64,000 nt of DNA from Bigelowiella natans CCMP2755 (taxonomy: Eukaryota > Protista > Cercozoa): assembly GCA_000320545.1 (NCBI GenBank), contig ADNK01001088.1, forward strand, positions 62,001-126,000. Direction: 5' to 3'. Position 1 is the first letter of the stretch. Each line of letters begins with the position of its first letter. Made by a program: the position numbers and the translations under genes. Shown here piece by piece: positions 1-13,894 of the stretch. The notes beneath the pieces are model-generated. The model saw only the letters and a program-made list of their open reading frames with translations. It made no database searches and was not told the DNA's origin.

Positions 1-958
1 CTCTTCGAGTCTACAACAATTATTAGTCAAGAAGCGTAGATAACTAGTGTAAAATAGAGATCTGTCAGCTGCATGTTAGTTGCCTGTTGTGGTGCAGGCA
101 GCATGAAGTTCTTGCATTGTAGCGTGAGCGTCACGTAGCATAGGCGATCGATGGAACGCAGCACCACACGCGAGCAAAGCTGCAAATGAACATGTTTAGC
201 ATCGACACATAGCTAGATAGACCGCTGCGACTGGTGCACAACGGCTTTCATTTGTCATGCTCGCTTTGCTAACAGGGCTTCAAAACAATGGCAAGGATGC
301 ATGGGCTGGTGCGCGCGTGACAATGGTCGCGACAAACGTACACGTGCGCAAAGTTAGACAACAGCCAATTGACAACAGTAGATCGACATGTGATGCTGAC
401 GACGTGCATGTCTAGATGTCATCGCAGCAAAATAGTTTCGGGCAGATTGTTCGTCCGTGACACAATGGTGGATGAGGGCACAAAAGTGCGGGGAGTGCCA
501 CGATGACATTGTGCGCGATCCAAACATGCATGGGACACTTCCAATGATGTTTGCGCAGAGCTGCGACCTGCGCTACGCAAGAATGTCTCTATTGTTTTTC
601 GCATGCGACAGCGCAAACGTGGTGAGTTTCAGTCCAACAGCACGCACACACCACGGCACTACACTCTCCCTCTTTGATTTTGCACGCGTGGGGCAACTGT
701 GTGAAAGGTCGGGTAGATCCCGCGCGACGTACGGAAAATAGGATGGGGTTTTCATGGTGCGTCAAGAAGAATAATGGTACTAAAATGTAGTTGAGTAGGG
801 AGATTTACCAGAGACTCAGAGACAGACAGGAGACGAAGAAGAAGCATCATGCCAGAGGGACAACAAACGAGTTCGTAGTTGCAGCTGTACGAGCACTCCG
901 AGCAGACTCATTGCCAGCTGGGCCGACCGATGGCTCGCTTGTCTAAGAATGCGCTCTT

Positions 959-960
<2 letters not shown>

Positions 961-1007
<47 letters not shown>
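961..1007 (+). repeat. (CT)n microsatellite (others at about 5212-5260, 17558-17594, 19960-20002)
   Basis: Direct read. Confidence 0.95.
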
Positions 1008-1010
<3 letters not shown>

Positions 1011-1338
1011 ACCCCACCCCTCTTTCATTCGTTAGCATAGTGCGCTGATTTGTTGCTCGGGACACCTGCGATTGCGTATCTTAGCTCGGCGCTCTGAGGA
1101 AGCAGCCTCTGTTTTCTCTGACTCGCAGAGATATTGACGGGGGTGCTCTGGGCCGTGCTCGACTAATGTTCGAGCAGCAAGCAAGAAAGAACCCACCGGA
1201 GGCATTGGAGCAGGGGCAGGTGTCAATTGACAATGTCATTATCGCTTCAGATGTAGTTTGGTTGCTTTGCTGCGAGGAGTGAGAATTGTATGCTATCTTT
1301 TTATTTAAATCTGCATGTGAATGTATGATTTCTATTCA

Positions 1339-3942
1339 GGTGCTTGCGTACAAAGCGAAGGTGTCGAGTAGATTTGAAGCTGAATGGATACTGCCGAAGG
1401 ACGAACAGATGTAAATTGCGCACCAGCTTTAGTTAGCAACATCTCATCGTCATCCAACTGAAGCTGTGTATGGCCCAACCCCCCCACCTCCTCAGAATCG
1501 AGTCCGTAGTTATATACGCTCATGGGTAAAATAGAACCATGTAACCTCATAACTACCATTTATTCTTGACTGAACCCATTCCAATCGCAGGGGAGGATTC
1601 GTGGCTGGATCGCATCATATTGTAATAATGTACCTTGTCTTTGATTGGAGTGGAATCGGACTCGAATATTTTGTTGTACAATCATACAGAGTCGGAGTAT
1701 TGCATGCGAAATAGCTCTCAAGAGTAAGGTGATGATTGCCTTCCCCCTTCTTCACTTCTTCACTTCCTCACATTTTCTTCTTCTTCTTCTATTTCTTCTA
1801 TGATTCTGTTGGTGAGCACAGTGTACCGCCGTTCTTAACGTGAACTATCGACTAGCCCCTGAGTACCCATTTCCAGCTGCACCGAAGGATATCTTTGAGG
1901 TAAACAGAAATGGGTGGACACTGAATCACCGACCTGCACACACACATACACACACACACATACTGTCCGCAACACGAACACGACTGGTGTCCCTTGATTC
2001 TCCCTTTTGGCTTTGCTTGTGGGAGCAGAGCCTGCGGTACGTTGTTAAGCGCCTCGGGGTTGAAAAAGAACGTGTGGTGATGATGGGAGATAGTGCCGGT
2101 AATCGAGAGTTAGTTGAAGACAAACAGCGATAGCATTTGTTGTGGGAGGGAGGAGAAGTTGTGGTGGTAATGTCAAAAACACTGCAACAGCAACATTAGC
2201 AGCCAGCATGCCGATGTGACGAACATCGGTCGTGTAGTGGATCTAGAAGGCAGGCAAAGGCATGGACTGAGCGAGGAGTACAGATACGATGTAAAATGGT
2301 GAATTTCTGATAATATGTTTGTGCCCTCCTCCTAGGTGCAAGTCTGTGTGTCAGCACGCTCCTTAAAGTGAAGAAGAGAGCGGCAAGCTGCAACGAGGAT
2401 GTACGTTTATGAAATGCACATACACGAGCAGCCCCCCTTTCCCTTCTTCTCCTCCTCCTTCTCGCATTATTATGTTGGCACATGATAGCTCGGCATCTTC
2501 GACGAAAGTCTTATTTTTTAACGCCTTCTGCTGTTATCCAGCTAATGCCTGGAGGATGCGCACTGCTAAGCCCCGTATTCAGCTTGCTGCCATGTAACAA
2601 TAAGTAGCTGTAACAGTAATAAAAGAATTGGTAGTTCTAGAATTATGCGATGGAACTCTTTGCCTGGGCTGCTGTTAATCCCTGTTGACTTGCGGTACTG
2701 ATTTAATCATTTTGGTGAGAAAGAGATCCGGCTGTACGTGCAGGTTCTTTTGCGTCGCCCTCCTCCTCTTCCTCTTCCTCCTCCTCCTCCTCCTCCTCCT
2801 CCTCACGAGGAAGCGAAAACGTATCGTCGTCTTCTCTAGAAGAAAATAGAGATACAGACTATCTTAATCCAGGTGGACTTGCTAAGTTTTAGTCGACCAC
2901 AGAAGATTGCCTCATACTCCCAAATGTTTGGCTCGAATACAGATTCGTTAGAAGTGTTTGGGTTACTGTACGGGCTACACCCTGCGGGTAGCAGCGAAAA
3001 CGAGAGCAACGACGGAGACTATGAGGCCAAGGAACTTAACTACGTAATGGTATGGACCCGAGCAAGGAGAAGGAGAACCGTGGCATTTGCACATTGCGTA
3101 TTCAATAGAAGGCAATACATGTTCTCCTGGCTTTCACCTCCTCACCGCTGCTGCTGTTGTCATCGCTGTATTGCTGTTTGGTGCTCTCATAGGGATGGGA
3201 GAGACCAGACTTATCCGGATTCCCCCCAACGCTTATCCAAGCAGGTGATTTTAGCACCCGAGTGGGACAGCAGTAGAAGAGAAGTCATTGCCTAAATGGA
3301 GGAAGTGCAAAGCTGCTAACCCACTGATACGAAGCAAACATCAGTCATTTGATTCATGTTGCTTTCACTGCCATCATGGAGGTTGTGTGAGTATTGTTAT
3401 CATGCTCCCGTCTACATCTAGCTTCTCTCCTCGCTTCTGCCCCTACGGGATGCTTCTACTAACGCTATTATCGATGCGCAGGCGGTGGAGAAGTGCTGAG
3501 AGATGATGCGAAAGATTTCGCAGAACATGCAATCAACTGCGAAGTGCAGGTAGAGTGCTAGAATCATGCACGCAGCATCATATCATTAGGAATAAATCTT
3601 TGTCCCATTTCAACTTCTGCAGTGCCAGCTTGAGATCTATGAAGGCATGTTCCATGCCTTCCAGCTATTTCCAAGGTAGAACACATGTAGCTTTTTCTTT
3701 TTGACATATTTAATTCGCATGCTTCAATTTTGAATAAGATTTGGAGAGTTTAACGGATGTGAGTCACACTGTCAAATATGTTTCGTTGTTTACCTTCAAG
3801 GTTTGTGGATGCTGGAAAGGATGCTGTGGTATCCATTTGTACGTTTGTCGAAGCTACTGCACGACAACAGGAAAGCAAAAAGGCCACGGCGAACATATAT
3901 TCAGCTATTGTGAAGGATAGTGTGCGTGTCGGCTCGAACTAG
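1339..3942 (+). CDS. Alpha/beta hydrolase, GDXG / hormone-sensitive lipase family (spliced; 5' end undefined)
   Basis: Exons read GGF (1592), VNYRLAPEYPFPAAPKD (1840), MMGDSAG nucleophile (about 2079-2099), LSGFPPTLIQA, GGGEVLRDDA, EIYEGMFHAFQ; stop TAG 3940-3942. Confidence 0.9.
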
Positions 3943-5209
3943 CGAGCTGCATGATTACCGAAATTCCCATATTTTCGTACACTTGCTTGCACACGACGCT
4001 GGAACTTCGAGTCAGAGTTCTAATGCATCATTATTGCACAATGTGCATTCCACCATGCACAACATGGCCATGTAATGTGCAAGTTGTGCAAAAGCCTAGG
4101 CAGGCTAGCAGGGCTAGAGGGCCACAAGCAGTGAAACAGTTCCTCATGCATGCATGAAGATAGAAGGCCATGACGCATGGAGCTCTCTGCTCTGTGACTA
4201 TAGGCATACACACAAAACCATAACAGCATATAGGCGCATGCGCTCGCGCCGGTGAGGAAATCATAGCATAATCTAAACGTCAGCATGTTCTAGTCTAGTG
4301 GTGTTATGTCTTTCAGGAATGCATGCTCTAGTACTAGCGCAAGGAATAAGACAATACGTCCTATACGTACGCCTAGGCCATTGGAATGTCATTGGCGAAG
4401 CTTGTCGTCATTCGATGCATGACTCACACATTACACTACGCCGTGCACTGCATCATGAGCAAGTTCTGATCAACTAAGCAGAGAAAATAGGCTGCGAGTC
4501 ACTTATATTGGAACGCATCCCAAATCAAGCCGCCTCTTTTTCTTCTTCCTGGCGAGCCTTGGAGAATGTATTTTCTGTTTTTTGAATTTCCCGTTGAAGA
4601 TCCTTAAATCTGTGCGCAAATAAACCTCATAAGTTCCGGGAAGCTGGACACATATATCTAGCGAGCGGGGATGGATATCAACGCTACAACCTAGTAAGAA
4701 GTCCCTTTATCCTGGTGTCCTTTGCCATGTCTCCTGCTGATGGCTTACGACCGTGCCTGCTCAGGTAGCATTTAGATTTTTCTTCATTTAGCGAAAGCTT
4801 CGAAGCAAAATGAGGGGATTCCAACGAGGGCATGCGCGTACTGATCGTTTTCTAAGCACTAATGTTAATCGAAGAGGGGATGATGTTGGCGGGCTTCGGC
4901 ATGACATGTTAAATTGTGGTGTTATCAGGGTGTAATGACTCTGTCTTGAAGGTCGCTTGCCAATGCTGAAGTGCCTCAGTTATTTCCTTTTCGTTGACAT
5001 CACATCAAGTAATAATTTCAAATCCCTATTATCCTGAGTTATTTGCTTCAAATAAGAGCAGAAGAAAAGCGTCGGTGCTTATCCGCTCTCTGGTGTCTTT
5101 CATATGTCAGATGGAGAGCCGTTCAACGCTTCTCAACATCTCCTCACGTCTTCGTAATGTTGGTCATTTTGAGCTCTTCAAGCTCGATCGACATCTAGTG
5201 AAGAAGGGG

Positions 5210-5263
<54 letters not shown>

Positions 5264-5450
5264 TTTTTTTTATACATATCGTTTTCCCATTCTCGTTAAC
5301 AGTTCTAATTCACCTTCCCTTCCTTATACAGCTCCCTCATCTCTTCAGCGATCTGCGTGACAGGACACAAAAACAACAACAACACCGCAAAGATGAACAA
5401 TTAAACTGTACGATTCAGTTCCTTGAATATGTGTATGATATACGAATAGC

Positions 5451-7194
5451 CTAGAATTCAAACAAATCAACCCCTTGAGCCTTCTCTTTCTCCGATTTTG
5501 GAGGTTCGTCGTTCATACGAGAGAAGACAACAGTCATGATCTCCTCCTTTCTCACATCCTACCGAAGACATATGAAAGTTGTGGTGGTGCTTGGTGCTAT
5601 TGGTGGGTGATGGTAATAATGACGAGGATGATGATGGAAAACGGGGGTTGAAATGATAGTAAGTGACACAAATTGTTGCGTGCGTGTTGGTAGGTAGAGG
5701 GTATAATTGTTGGTTGAGAAGCCATTGCAGTGTGCATTATCATAATCATCACAAAATTTACTACCGATGATGCAGACGATGAACTCAATTTAGTAAGCTT
5801 GACCAGCTTCTGCTCGCCCCCTTGAGGTCCAACCTAGAAAGGGGAAGGAGGGGAGGGAGGATGTGTCGATGATTTTCCGTCGATATAGGTATGCAACACC
5901 GGGCAATTGCCCATGATGATGATGATGACGATGATGATGATGATGATAGCTCAAAGGTAGAAGAAACAAACGCACCGTGCGCTCATGATGTACACATAGA
6001 TGTAACAATTAAACACATAACGACCGGTATGACTAGAGCTCCTCCTGGCGTAAGCTGATTTACCAGCTCTTCCGGTATTTCCTCAACCTTACGAGTAGTT
6101 GTTGTTGTAAAGGTAATAAAATCAACCTCGCAATGCTTCCTGCCTATCGAACTGAAGCTGAAAATATTTATGGAAAACTACCCACCGCAGCGCCGACATG
6201 AATGAAGTCAAATGGTCCTTTTTCTGGAAGGCCGAGGAATCCGTCGCCTGATGCACAATAATCACTCATCGTTGACTCTCACATGTCGTGTTCGCAGCCT
6301 TCTTGCTACTACAAGTGGCAGAAAGCACAACCTTCATAGTATGCAACCCTTCCTGAATCCAAGAAACTCTGGTGCGATTTTGCTGTTGGTGATATAATAA
6401 AGTCATAGATTAGAGTTGTGCGGAAGGGAATTAAAACAATAGTATCTTTTATTACTATTATTATTATTATTATTATTATTATTGCCTGTGTTGTTGCGGG
6501 AAAGTTCGATCAGCTCCCTTGCATGGTCGATCCCATATATCTTGCTATCGTCGGAAGCTGATGTTATCAAAATCATGTATATCAATGAATCGCCCTTCCT
6601 ATGTTAATGCCAAAAGAAAGGCAAGACTAATACCCAGAATGTGTCCCATGCAGACAGTCAAATATCCGCTTCCACACCCAATATCAAGCCCGATGAAGGG
6701 CTTTTCTCGGCGGGATGTCGATTCCGATTCTGTTTCATCCTCAGAGAAAAGAGCTTCAAGAGCGATTGCGTGCATATGTGGGGAAGTGATGGTGGCCTCA
6801 CAACCGATGTTTCGAGGTTTGTCTTCATATAAGGGACCCTGGAAACATCATAATTTGAGCAAATTTTAATTATTATTACCTGGAGAATAGCTTCCATCAA
6901 TGCTACATACGTGCTACCATCATCAAATGACTACACTATGACACCTACGTGTTTAGGATTCACGAAGTCCTTGCGATCAGTCTTTTTCATGGCATCGATT
7001 ACGCTCTCCGTTTTCAGGATCCCATTCCGGTGTAGATTCGATACAAGCTCGTCCTATTTGGTCCAATCGTTTAATGCTGGCTGATTACCTTAGTCTAATG
7101 CATAGAAGCACACGCGGTTGTTTTCTCTGACTTGATTTAATATGACCTGTGATGCGCCGTCATTGTTGAAGTTCATACTCAGACTGATCAGCAT
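5451..7194 (-). CDS. Protein-L-isoaspartate O-methyltransferase (PIMT/PCMT family), spliced; upstream exons possible
   Basis: Exons: GASQ|DELVSNLHRNGILK..DRKDFV, EATITSPHMHAIALE, LDIGCGSGYLT, IYGIDHARELIE, GDGFLGLPEKGPFDFIHVGAA, IPEELVNQLTPGGALVIP|VGPQGGEQKL; stop 5451-5453. Confidence 0.93.
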
Positions 7195-7977
7195 GTCGTT
7201 CGAGAGCCCCCCCTGAATTGCAACGCGTCAGATTTGAACAAAGCCAGCCCAACATTAAAAGGCAACCTGGAGCGTCTGCTGCGATGCAAGAGGTGTATCG
7301 GGTTTTGAAGCCATCAGCCGCACCCTGGCTACTTTGCGACGTAAAAGACTTCGCATTGGTCGCCGATGGTGCTGCCTTAAGATATGGCGCTGGCATGGGA
7401 AGATCTGTCGCATCCTTTGATGCAAACGGTTTAGGGCAATTTAGTTCCGACCCGGGAGTACGTCGCTGAAAAGGTGCTATCTGGCACCAGTACCCTCCCT
7501 CAGGAGATCGTCGTCTGGGTGTATACACGGGTGGGTGGCAGAACTGATCCAACGCACGATGTCGGTCTTCTTTTCACGTCAGAGTAAGCTTTATTATTCG
7601 ATAAAAATATTTGTCGCAGCAATAAAATCGCATTGAAAATGGCAGAATTAATATCCCTTTCTTTCAGTCACAACAACACTCAAAACTCAAAACTCAGAGG
7701 GCTACCACGTTCCTTGTGGCAATGAAGGCTACTGTCAGGTTTGCATGGGAGATACTTGGGTCGCTGCAGCTATGTATGATAGGGGGCGGCTTTTTATGCA
7801 CTTGGGCCTAGAGGTAGCATTTCCACCCATGTTTCATAGAGATTGTCGCCTTCAGCGTCGTCCGTCGATGTGCAAAGTTTGAACGGCCATTCCTGCTTTT
7901 AGCACGGGGTGGTGCAGGATTCTGGTGATCGGAATCATTTTCATTCCCCTCGCTGACAGCCGCTCGATAATTCACAG

Positions 7978-9041
7978 CAAGACTCTCCGATACATTCCTC
8001 AAAAAAAGCTTACCGTGAGCGAACGTAAGCAAACTCTGATAATCGATCGAAATAATGCATAGATAGATCTAAGCTTTGATCAATCACAGCACCCCCAGAA
8101 TGGTTTGGAAACGGACCAAATGCTGAAGGAGATAAAAAATGGACCAACAAGAACTGGCTTAAGTCTCGGTTTCACTTCAGCTTCGCCGAGGTAGTGATAA
8201 GCGTCTCCTCCCTGAGTCTCGAGTATATTCCAACTTTTGTTTCTGCTTGACAGTACAGCAACCCTCGCAACACAAATTTTGGCGTTCTCCGTGTCATGAA
8301 CGACGATCTCGTCCAGCCAAAGCGTGGTTTTGGAACTCACCCTCATAGAAACATGGTGACAAATGCTTGTTTGGAGGTGTCCACAAGAAAAAACGACCTA
8401 AAACCAATTTCCTCAGGAAATCGTGACCTACATTATCCAAGGAAAACTTACACATCAGGATTCTATGGGGACTAGCGAGTCCCTAGGAAGAGGAAGCGTA
8501 CAATTTATGACAGCAGGAACTGGCATCCGGCACTCTGAGAAGAATGCTGAGGCAGACCCGCTTCGGTTCATTCAGATGTGGCTCGTACCTAAAGCCAATG
8601 GCTTGACTCCCAACTATGGAAGCATGTGTGGCACAAAGATCAATTTTGATAACCAATGGGCCCACATTGTTTCCTCAACTGAGAGTGATGCTAAAACTCC
8701 TGTCAAGATAAATTGCGAAGCTAATATAAAGGTGACGACATAGAATGATCTCCGTTCGAGCATCGCTAAATTTACCTGAGACATACCATTGCTCAACTTT
8801 GCAGGTTGCCGTTTTGAAGGAAAAGAAGTCCATCGAATTCAATCTCAGTAAAAACAGACAAGCATATTTCCTCGCAATGGAGGGATCACCTATTGTCGAA
8901 GGGGAGTTCGGGTCGCAGAAATTCGAGCAGCATGATGCTGCTGAATTGTACGGCGAGGAGAAGTTCAAGATTTCAGGTCCTGGACACGTGCTGATCGTCG
9001 AGATGGATTCTGATGGCCAAGGAGGGCGGTCTGATATTTGA
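7978..9041 (+). CDS. Pirin-family bicupin (YhhW-like), spliced; start not resolved
   Basis: WLKSRFHFSFAE|YSNP..FGVLRVMNDDLVQPKRGFGTHPHRNM|EIVTYIIQGKLTHQDSMG..VQFMTAGTGIRHSE..FIQMW. Confidence 0.93.
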
Positions 9042-9083
9042 TTGATCTGCTCGTCTTATGTAATATACAATGTACAAACACGA

Positions 9084-9190
9084 CATATGAGACCGATGTA
9101 ATGATATGATTGATTCTTTTCAATAGTCATCCTAATAATCTAGTAATGTAGCTATGCAAAGCAACGGCTACAGCGCCTATGCTGTATTTG
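9084..9190 (+). repeat. Dispersed ~100-bp repeat, copy 1
   Basis: CATATGAGAC.GATGTAATG..TTTTCAATAGTCATCCTAAT..TGTAGCTATGCAAAGCA.CGGCTACAGCGC shared with other copies. Confidence 0.85.
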
Positions 9191-10057
9191 TTACAAACAC
9201 GATATATGCATTGCGCTCCGATTCTTGATGCATGTCTAGATGTGCCTGATGTGTCGATTATACGATCCGTAAAACGAAGTTAATAATATCGCTAATGAGT
9301 GCAACATGCATGGCGCTGTAATAGTAGACTGACGCGGCTATTTTTGATATTTTGTTACTCTAACTACTTATCGGATACCGTGTGCAATTGAGCTACGTAC
9401 TACATAAACTAGACAATAAACACACAGATGCAAACAGACAGCATGTTCACATTACTAGCCAGATTAGTCTAGCACAGTCTTCCATGCAGCTACGCATCGT
9501 ACTAGACTAGGATGCGCTGATGAATGTTTCATTGCACATGCACGGCTAGCTTTATAGATTACATAAGGCCATAGAGTGTAAACTGCAACACTTAGCTTGT
9601 TCGTGATTAACGCCGCAAGCTAAGCGGCCAACTACGCTAGTACGTACGGTAAACTAGCTAGTAAAGCAGATAGATACGATAATTGCTACAGCCATGCATG
9701 GCAGCCTAGCTAATGAGCCCGCCAGGCTAGCAGGCTTCAACAGACGGTCAATAAAAATTTCAGATCACGAAATTTAGCCAGTTTCTGTGATTTCAGCTCT
9801 CATCTACATCTAGACATCTCTAAGACTGGCAGCTACCATAGCATTGTCTACGAAGTATAATATATGCATATTCGTTGCGCGATGTGCTCATAGCGCACAA
9901 ATTACATTTAAGGGTATATAGTACTACATACAAGCTGTACACTTACGTCTATTCAAACAAAAAAAGGAAAAGTGGTAGATCGTGAAGTTGCTTGCTAAAT
10001 CAAAAATTTTGTTCATCATTCAGAATTTTCCTCCACTTCTCGTCATGAAACAAATGT

Positions 10058-10964
10058 CTATTTCTTATTTTGTTTGACCAACCAATCCAACGATTTCTCG
10101 ACACTTTTCCCTGTCTTGCATGAAATAGAAAAGTAAGCCGTGGTACGCACCCTGGTGTGAGAGGATAAGTCCCTACAAAAAATATACAGAAGAGATCAGG
10201 TGTGTACGTGAACATTCTGTCTCAGTATATACAACTTACAGAGCTTTGATGAGTGCTTCAGGGGATAATGCGTTCTCCAAATCATTCTTATTGAAGAGAA
10301 CAAGAAGAGGAATCCCCTTCAACTCTTGGCTTTCTAGGAGAGCCTAAATCAAGTTTGAATCAAAGCAATTAGGATTGTTTTCTCAAGTTTATGTTTTTGT
10401 GACCTTCAGTTCGTCGTGGGCTTCTTCGATTTTCCCTTTATCAGCAGAGTCAATAATGTAAACAATTGCGTTAACTCCCTTACAGTACCGGCCCCATTGC
10501 TGTCTGAACTTATCCTGAGTAAAACACGAGATATTATATCGGCGATTGCAGGTGAAGAGTTGTAATTTGCCTGTCCTCCAAGATCCCAGACTTTAATTGT
10601 GCACCTGTTCTTTTGGACCTAAAATTCGATTTGGATGAGAATAGTACATCGCGAAGGCTGAAATACATAAGGTGGGACCTTGTGCATATTAAAGCCTACT
10701 GTCGGAATAAGATTTTCTTGGAATTCTCCGGTCTGTAAAAGCAACAATTCAAATTGAAAGCTCTTTCGTATTGATTTACAAATCGATCTCTTACGTTTAG
10801 AACTTGGACATATGTACTCTTCCCCGCATTTTGAAGGCCTACGATGGCGATTTCCATCTCTTGTGACCAGAAAAGACTGAAAGAATCGGATTTAAATAAA
10901 GGATCTAGTCTAATGCTTCGATGAAGGATACGTACTTTCGGATCCAACTTGCAACAATGCCCAT
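10058..10964 (-). CDS. ARL8: ARF-like small GTPase, ARL8 subfamily
   Basis: MGIVASWIR|[41 protein letters not shown]|[49 protein letters not shown]. Confidence 0.93.
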
Positions 10965-11555
10965 GATTTAGTTGGTATGACAGTTGACTTGACTTGGATT
11001 CTTCCTCTTGTTGAACTTCTCGCTTACGATCGCTCCGAAATCAGGGCTTAGGAAGCTGATGGGGTGGCTCTCCTTCGCGGTCGATTTGTAATTGCGAAGA
11101 GTCTTCCAATAATTGGTTAAGTATGTTGTCGCTTTGTTAAATTCCAAAGCAATTTGATATTTTTCTTGTAGCCGTTTGGAATCCATTGTCGCTTGAATAA
11201 AATCATGGGGGATATTAGTATGGAAACAATTGGAAGCAACCAAAATCTGACAAGAGCAAAGGCATCTGGACAAGTACAATTTTTATTCGCAATACATCCT
11301 ACATGATATCTACACATGATCTGAAACACATACAACAAGGCATACGCTTTCTGCAGCGATTATTTCTCGTGTCCTACTACGACGCTGCGAATCCAACACG
11401 GGAAGAAGGAGGAGGCAAACAACGAGGAGAGGGCGGACGATACCAGTGCAGTACGGGGTCAAATGCTTTCTTCGTCGCTAATTCGAAGAAAGATTATTCT
11501 CACGTTTTCCGTAATCGTTCGGTTGTAGGCGAGTGTTTCTCATCCTGATCATCGA

Positions 11556-13004
11556 ATGCCATTCATCTGCATCGGGCCAATGTACGTACCCAGATCCTGT
11601 GTTTGTCCAGTGAGATAGGTCTGTTTCATAGAGCTTCATCATTTTTGTCAAATTGTTCTAGATGTATCCCGTGGAGTGCCATATGGCCTCTGCTCTTGAT
11701 CGTGCTGAGGCCTTTCTGGAACTGCCTCAAGCCAAGATTGAAGAAAATTGACTGGCTCAGAAAGTACAAATAAAGCATTCCAACAATTACGTGTCTTATC
11801 CTTATTACTACCAAAGGTATATCGACGAGGAAGAAGAAGACAATAGTCCTGTAGAGTTGGTCTCTGTGTCAGAGAAGGAGGTGCTTATTTTCTCACCGCG
11901 ATTCACTTTTCCATTTGTCTTAACATGGCATGCATTATCCCTTACCTTAGGCAACTGATTTGAGATCCGGCGTTAAGCACATCAATTCAGAACAGGAATG
12001 GGACTCACTGATGTCCAAGGCAGCATCACTTGACTTACCAGGTGGTTAATATATCTAACGTGGATGCTTATAACGCAACCTGATTTCCCTGCTCGTAGTC
12101 TTGGTAAAGTTTACTGCTAGCTGGTGCAAGCCTTGCAAGGCTATAGCGCCACTTTTCCAATCCCTTGCCGAAGCAAATGGTGAACTGATCTTTGGAGAGG
12201 TAAGTGCCCCGCTCTATTGCCTATCTGATGATTTGAGAACGAGTAGAAACTCGTCTGACGCATCGTCAATCCCGCAACGCAGATTGACTATGACGCGAAC
12301 AAAAAGTTGGCTAAGAGGCTTGGTGCTAAGATAATGCCAACATTCCAACTATATAGGTTGAGAATATGATACAGCGAATGCGACATTAGATGAGTGGATC
12401 TGTTGTTTCAGGCATTTTACCAAGACTTCTGAATTTATAGGAGCGAAAGAGGTAAGATTATTTAATCCGCTTAATGTGATTATTCATACAACTCTCCCTT
12501 TCTACCTTAATCAATCAAGGAAAAGTTAAAGGATGCAGCCTCATTGTGTACTGCGGAGAAAAACAAATTAGAACTCGGTAAGGGCTTAATTATTCCTGGC
12601 AGCCTGATTCTAACCACACATGCTTCAATCCTGGCATATTTATCATTTCAAGTTAAGAGGGAAGGTGGAACAGCTAAGGAAGATGAGAAGGGACTCCTAA
12701 TGCTCCAATTCAATAAGGATTCTCGTGCGTTTAGCGTGGTCTCGAAGGCTGAAAATGAACCAACAGTTCTCTTCGTTGAAAGTGAACCGTTAGGGCGCAC
12801 TGTCGCTGTCAAAGAGAATTCCTCTGGTGATATCTCGTTCCATCATAATAGCCACCCCTGAAATTCAAACTAACTTTTTAATCTAGGTTTTGAATTCAAG
12901 AAACCGAGCGGTTGCAGAAGGCTCACCCCTTATGCGTATTACAATAAAAGCAGGCTATTTCTCAAAGGGCAGAGTTTTGATTGTGCCGCTGCTACCACTG
13001 ATTG
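11556..13004 (+). CDS. Thioredoxin-domain protein with N-terminal hydrophobic segment and C-terminal extension (3' end uncertain)
   Basis: MPFICIGP|CIPWSAIWPLLLIVLRPFW leader; VKHINSEQEWDSL; VKFTASWCKPCKAIAPLF active site; IDYD..KIMPTF. Confidence 0.8.
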
Positions 13005-13277
13005 AGAATAGGCATCGAATTATTCACAATCGTATTCTTTTGTGCTCACCGATTATATCTGTTGCTCTGTATGTGCATCGATGCAGCACGGTCAAGGTAT
13101 TGTATTATTCACATGATATGCAGCTGACACTGCTAGTAACGTACGTTTCGGTGGGCTGCCGCCTCGTGGCTTTCATAGCGCATGGCATGCATGTGATCGC
13201 AACGAGACGTACACAGCAGCACATCAGACTATGCTAGCTAGGTACTAGCACCTCTCAGCATAGCTATATATCAATAT

Positions 13278-13278
<1 letters not shown>

Positions 13279-13313
<35 letters not shown>

Positions 13314-13429
13314 CTAAGCAAATAACATTGCGAAACAAAACATGTGTGTTCAGTAGCTTGCTACTGTACGAGGGCATACATACTGATACTAAGATTCACG
13401 TTCAGCTACATGTACGAGTGTACAACGAG

Positions 13430-13468
<39 letters not shown>

Positions 13469-13488
13469 TAAGATTCACGTTCAGCTAT
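13279..13488 (+). repeat. (TA)n tracts with a duplicated ATACTAAGATTCACGTTCAGCTA
   Basis: (TA)n about 13279-13311 and 13433-13467; 23-mer at about 13387 and 13465; CGAGGGCATA also duplicated. Confidence 0.85.
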
Positions 13489-13548
13489 AGGCTATTTGTA
13501 CGTACACTACGTATCGATCATGCTCGCCGTCGGCGCATCGTGCACGTA

Positions 13549-13644
13549 CATATGAGACGGATGTAATGCATGAAATACATTTTTTCAATAGTCATCCTAA
13601 TGTAGCTCTAGAGCTGTGCAATGCAGCGGCTACAGCGCTTATGC
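13549..13644 (+). repeat. Dispersed ~100-bp repeat, copy 2
   Basis: CATATGAGACGGATGTAATG..TTTTTTCAATAGTCATCCTAATGTAGCT..GCAGCGGCTACAGCGCTTA. Confidence 0.85.
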
Positions 13645-13894
13645 ACGCGCATATATCTATGCATGTTTAATTGCATCGATCTACATGTAGCTGCGAGCAC
13701 AACGTATGCATACAAGGAGTATATGTGCCATTACCATAGATGTGCTAAATCCGAGAAACGTATCTGTAATATGCACAAGCCGAGGGGTTGACGCTCTGCT
13801 GATAAGAACCCCACTACAGAACTGTCGCTTTAGTTACTTCTAAAAGTTTACCTACTGCATACGTACGACGAAGATACGTATAGATCTATGAAAT

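Noticed and set aside
4672-5403. Possible small spliced + strand gene (ATGGATATC..., MESRSTLLNISSRLRNVGHFELFKLDRHL)
   Set aside because: Splice-like signals are present, but I could not build an open exon chain or recognise a family.
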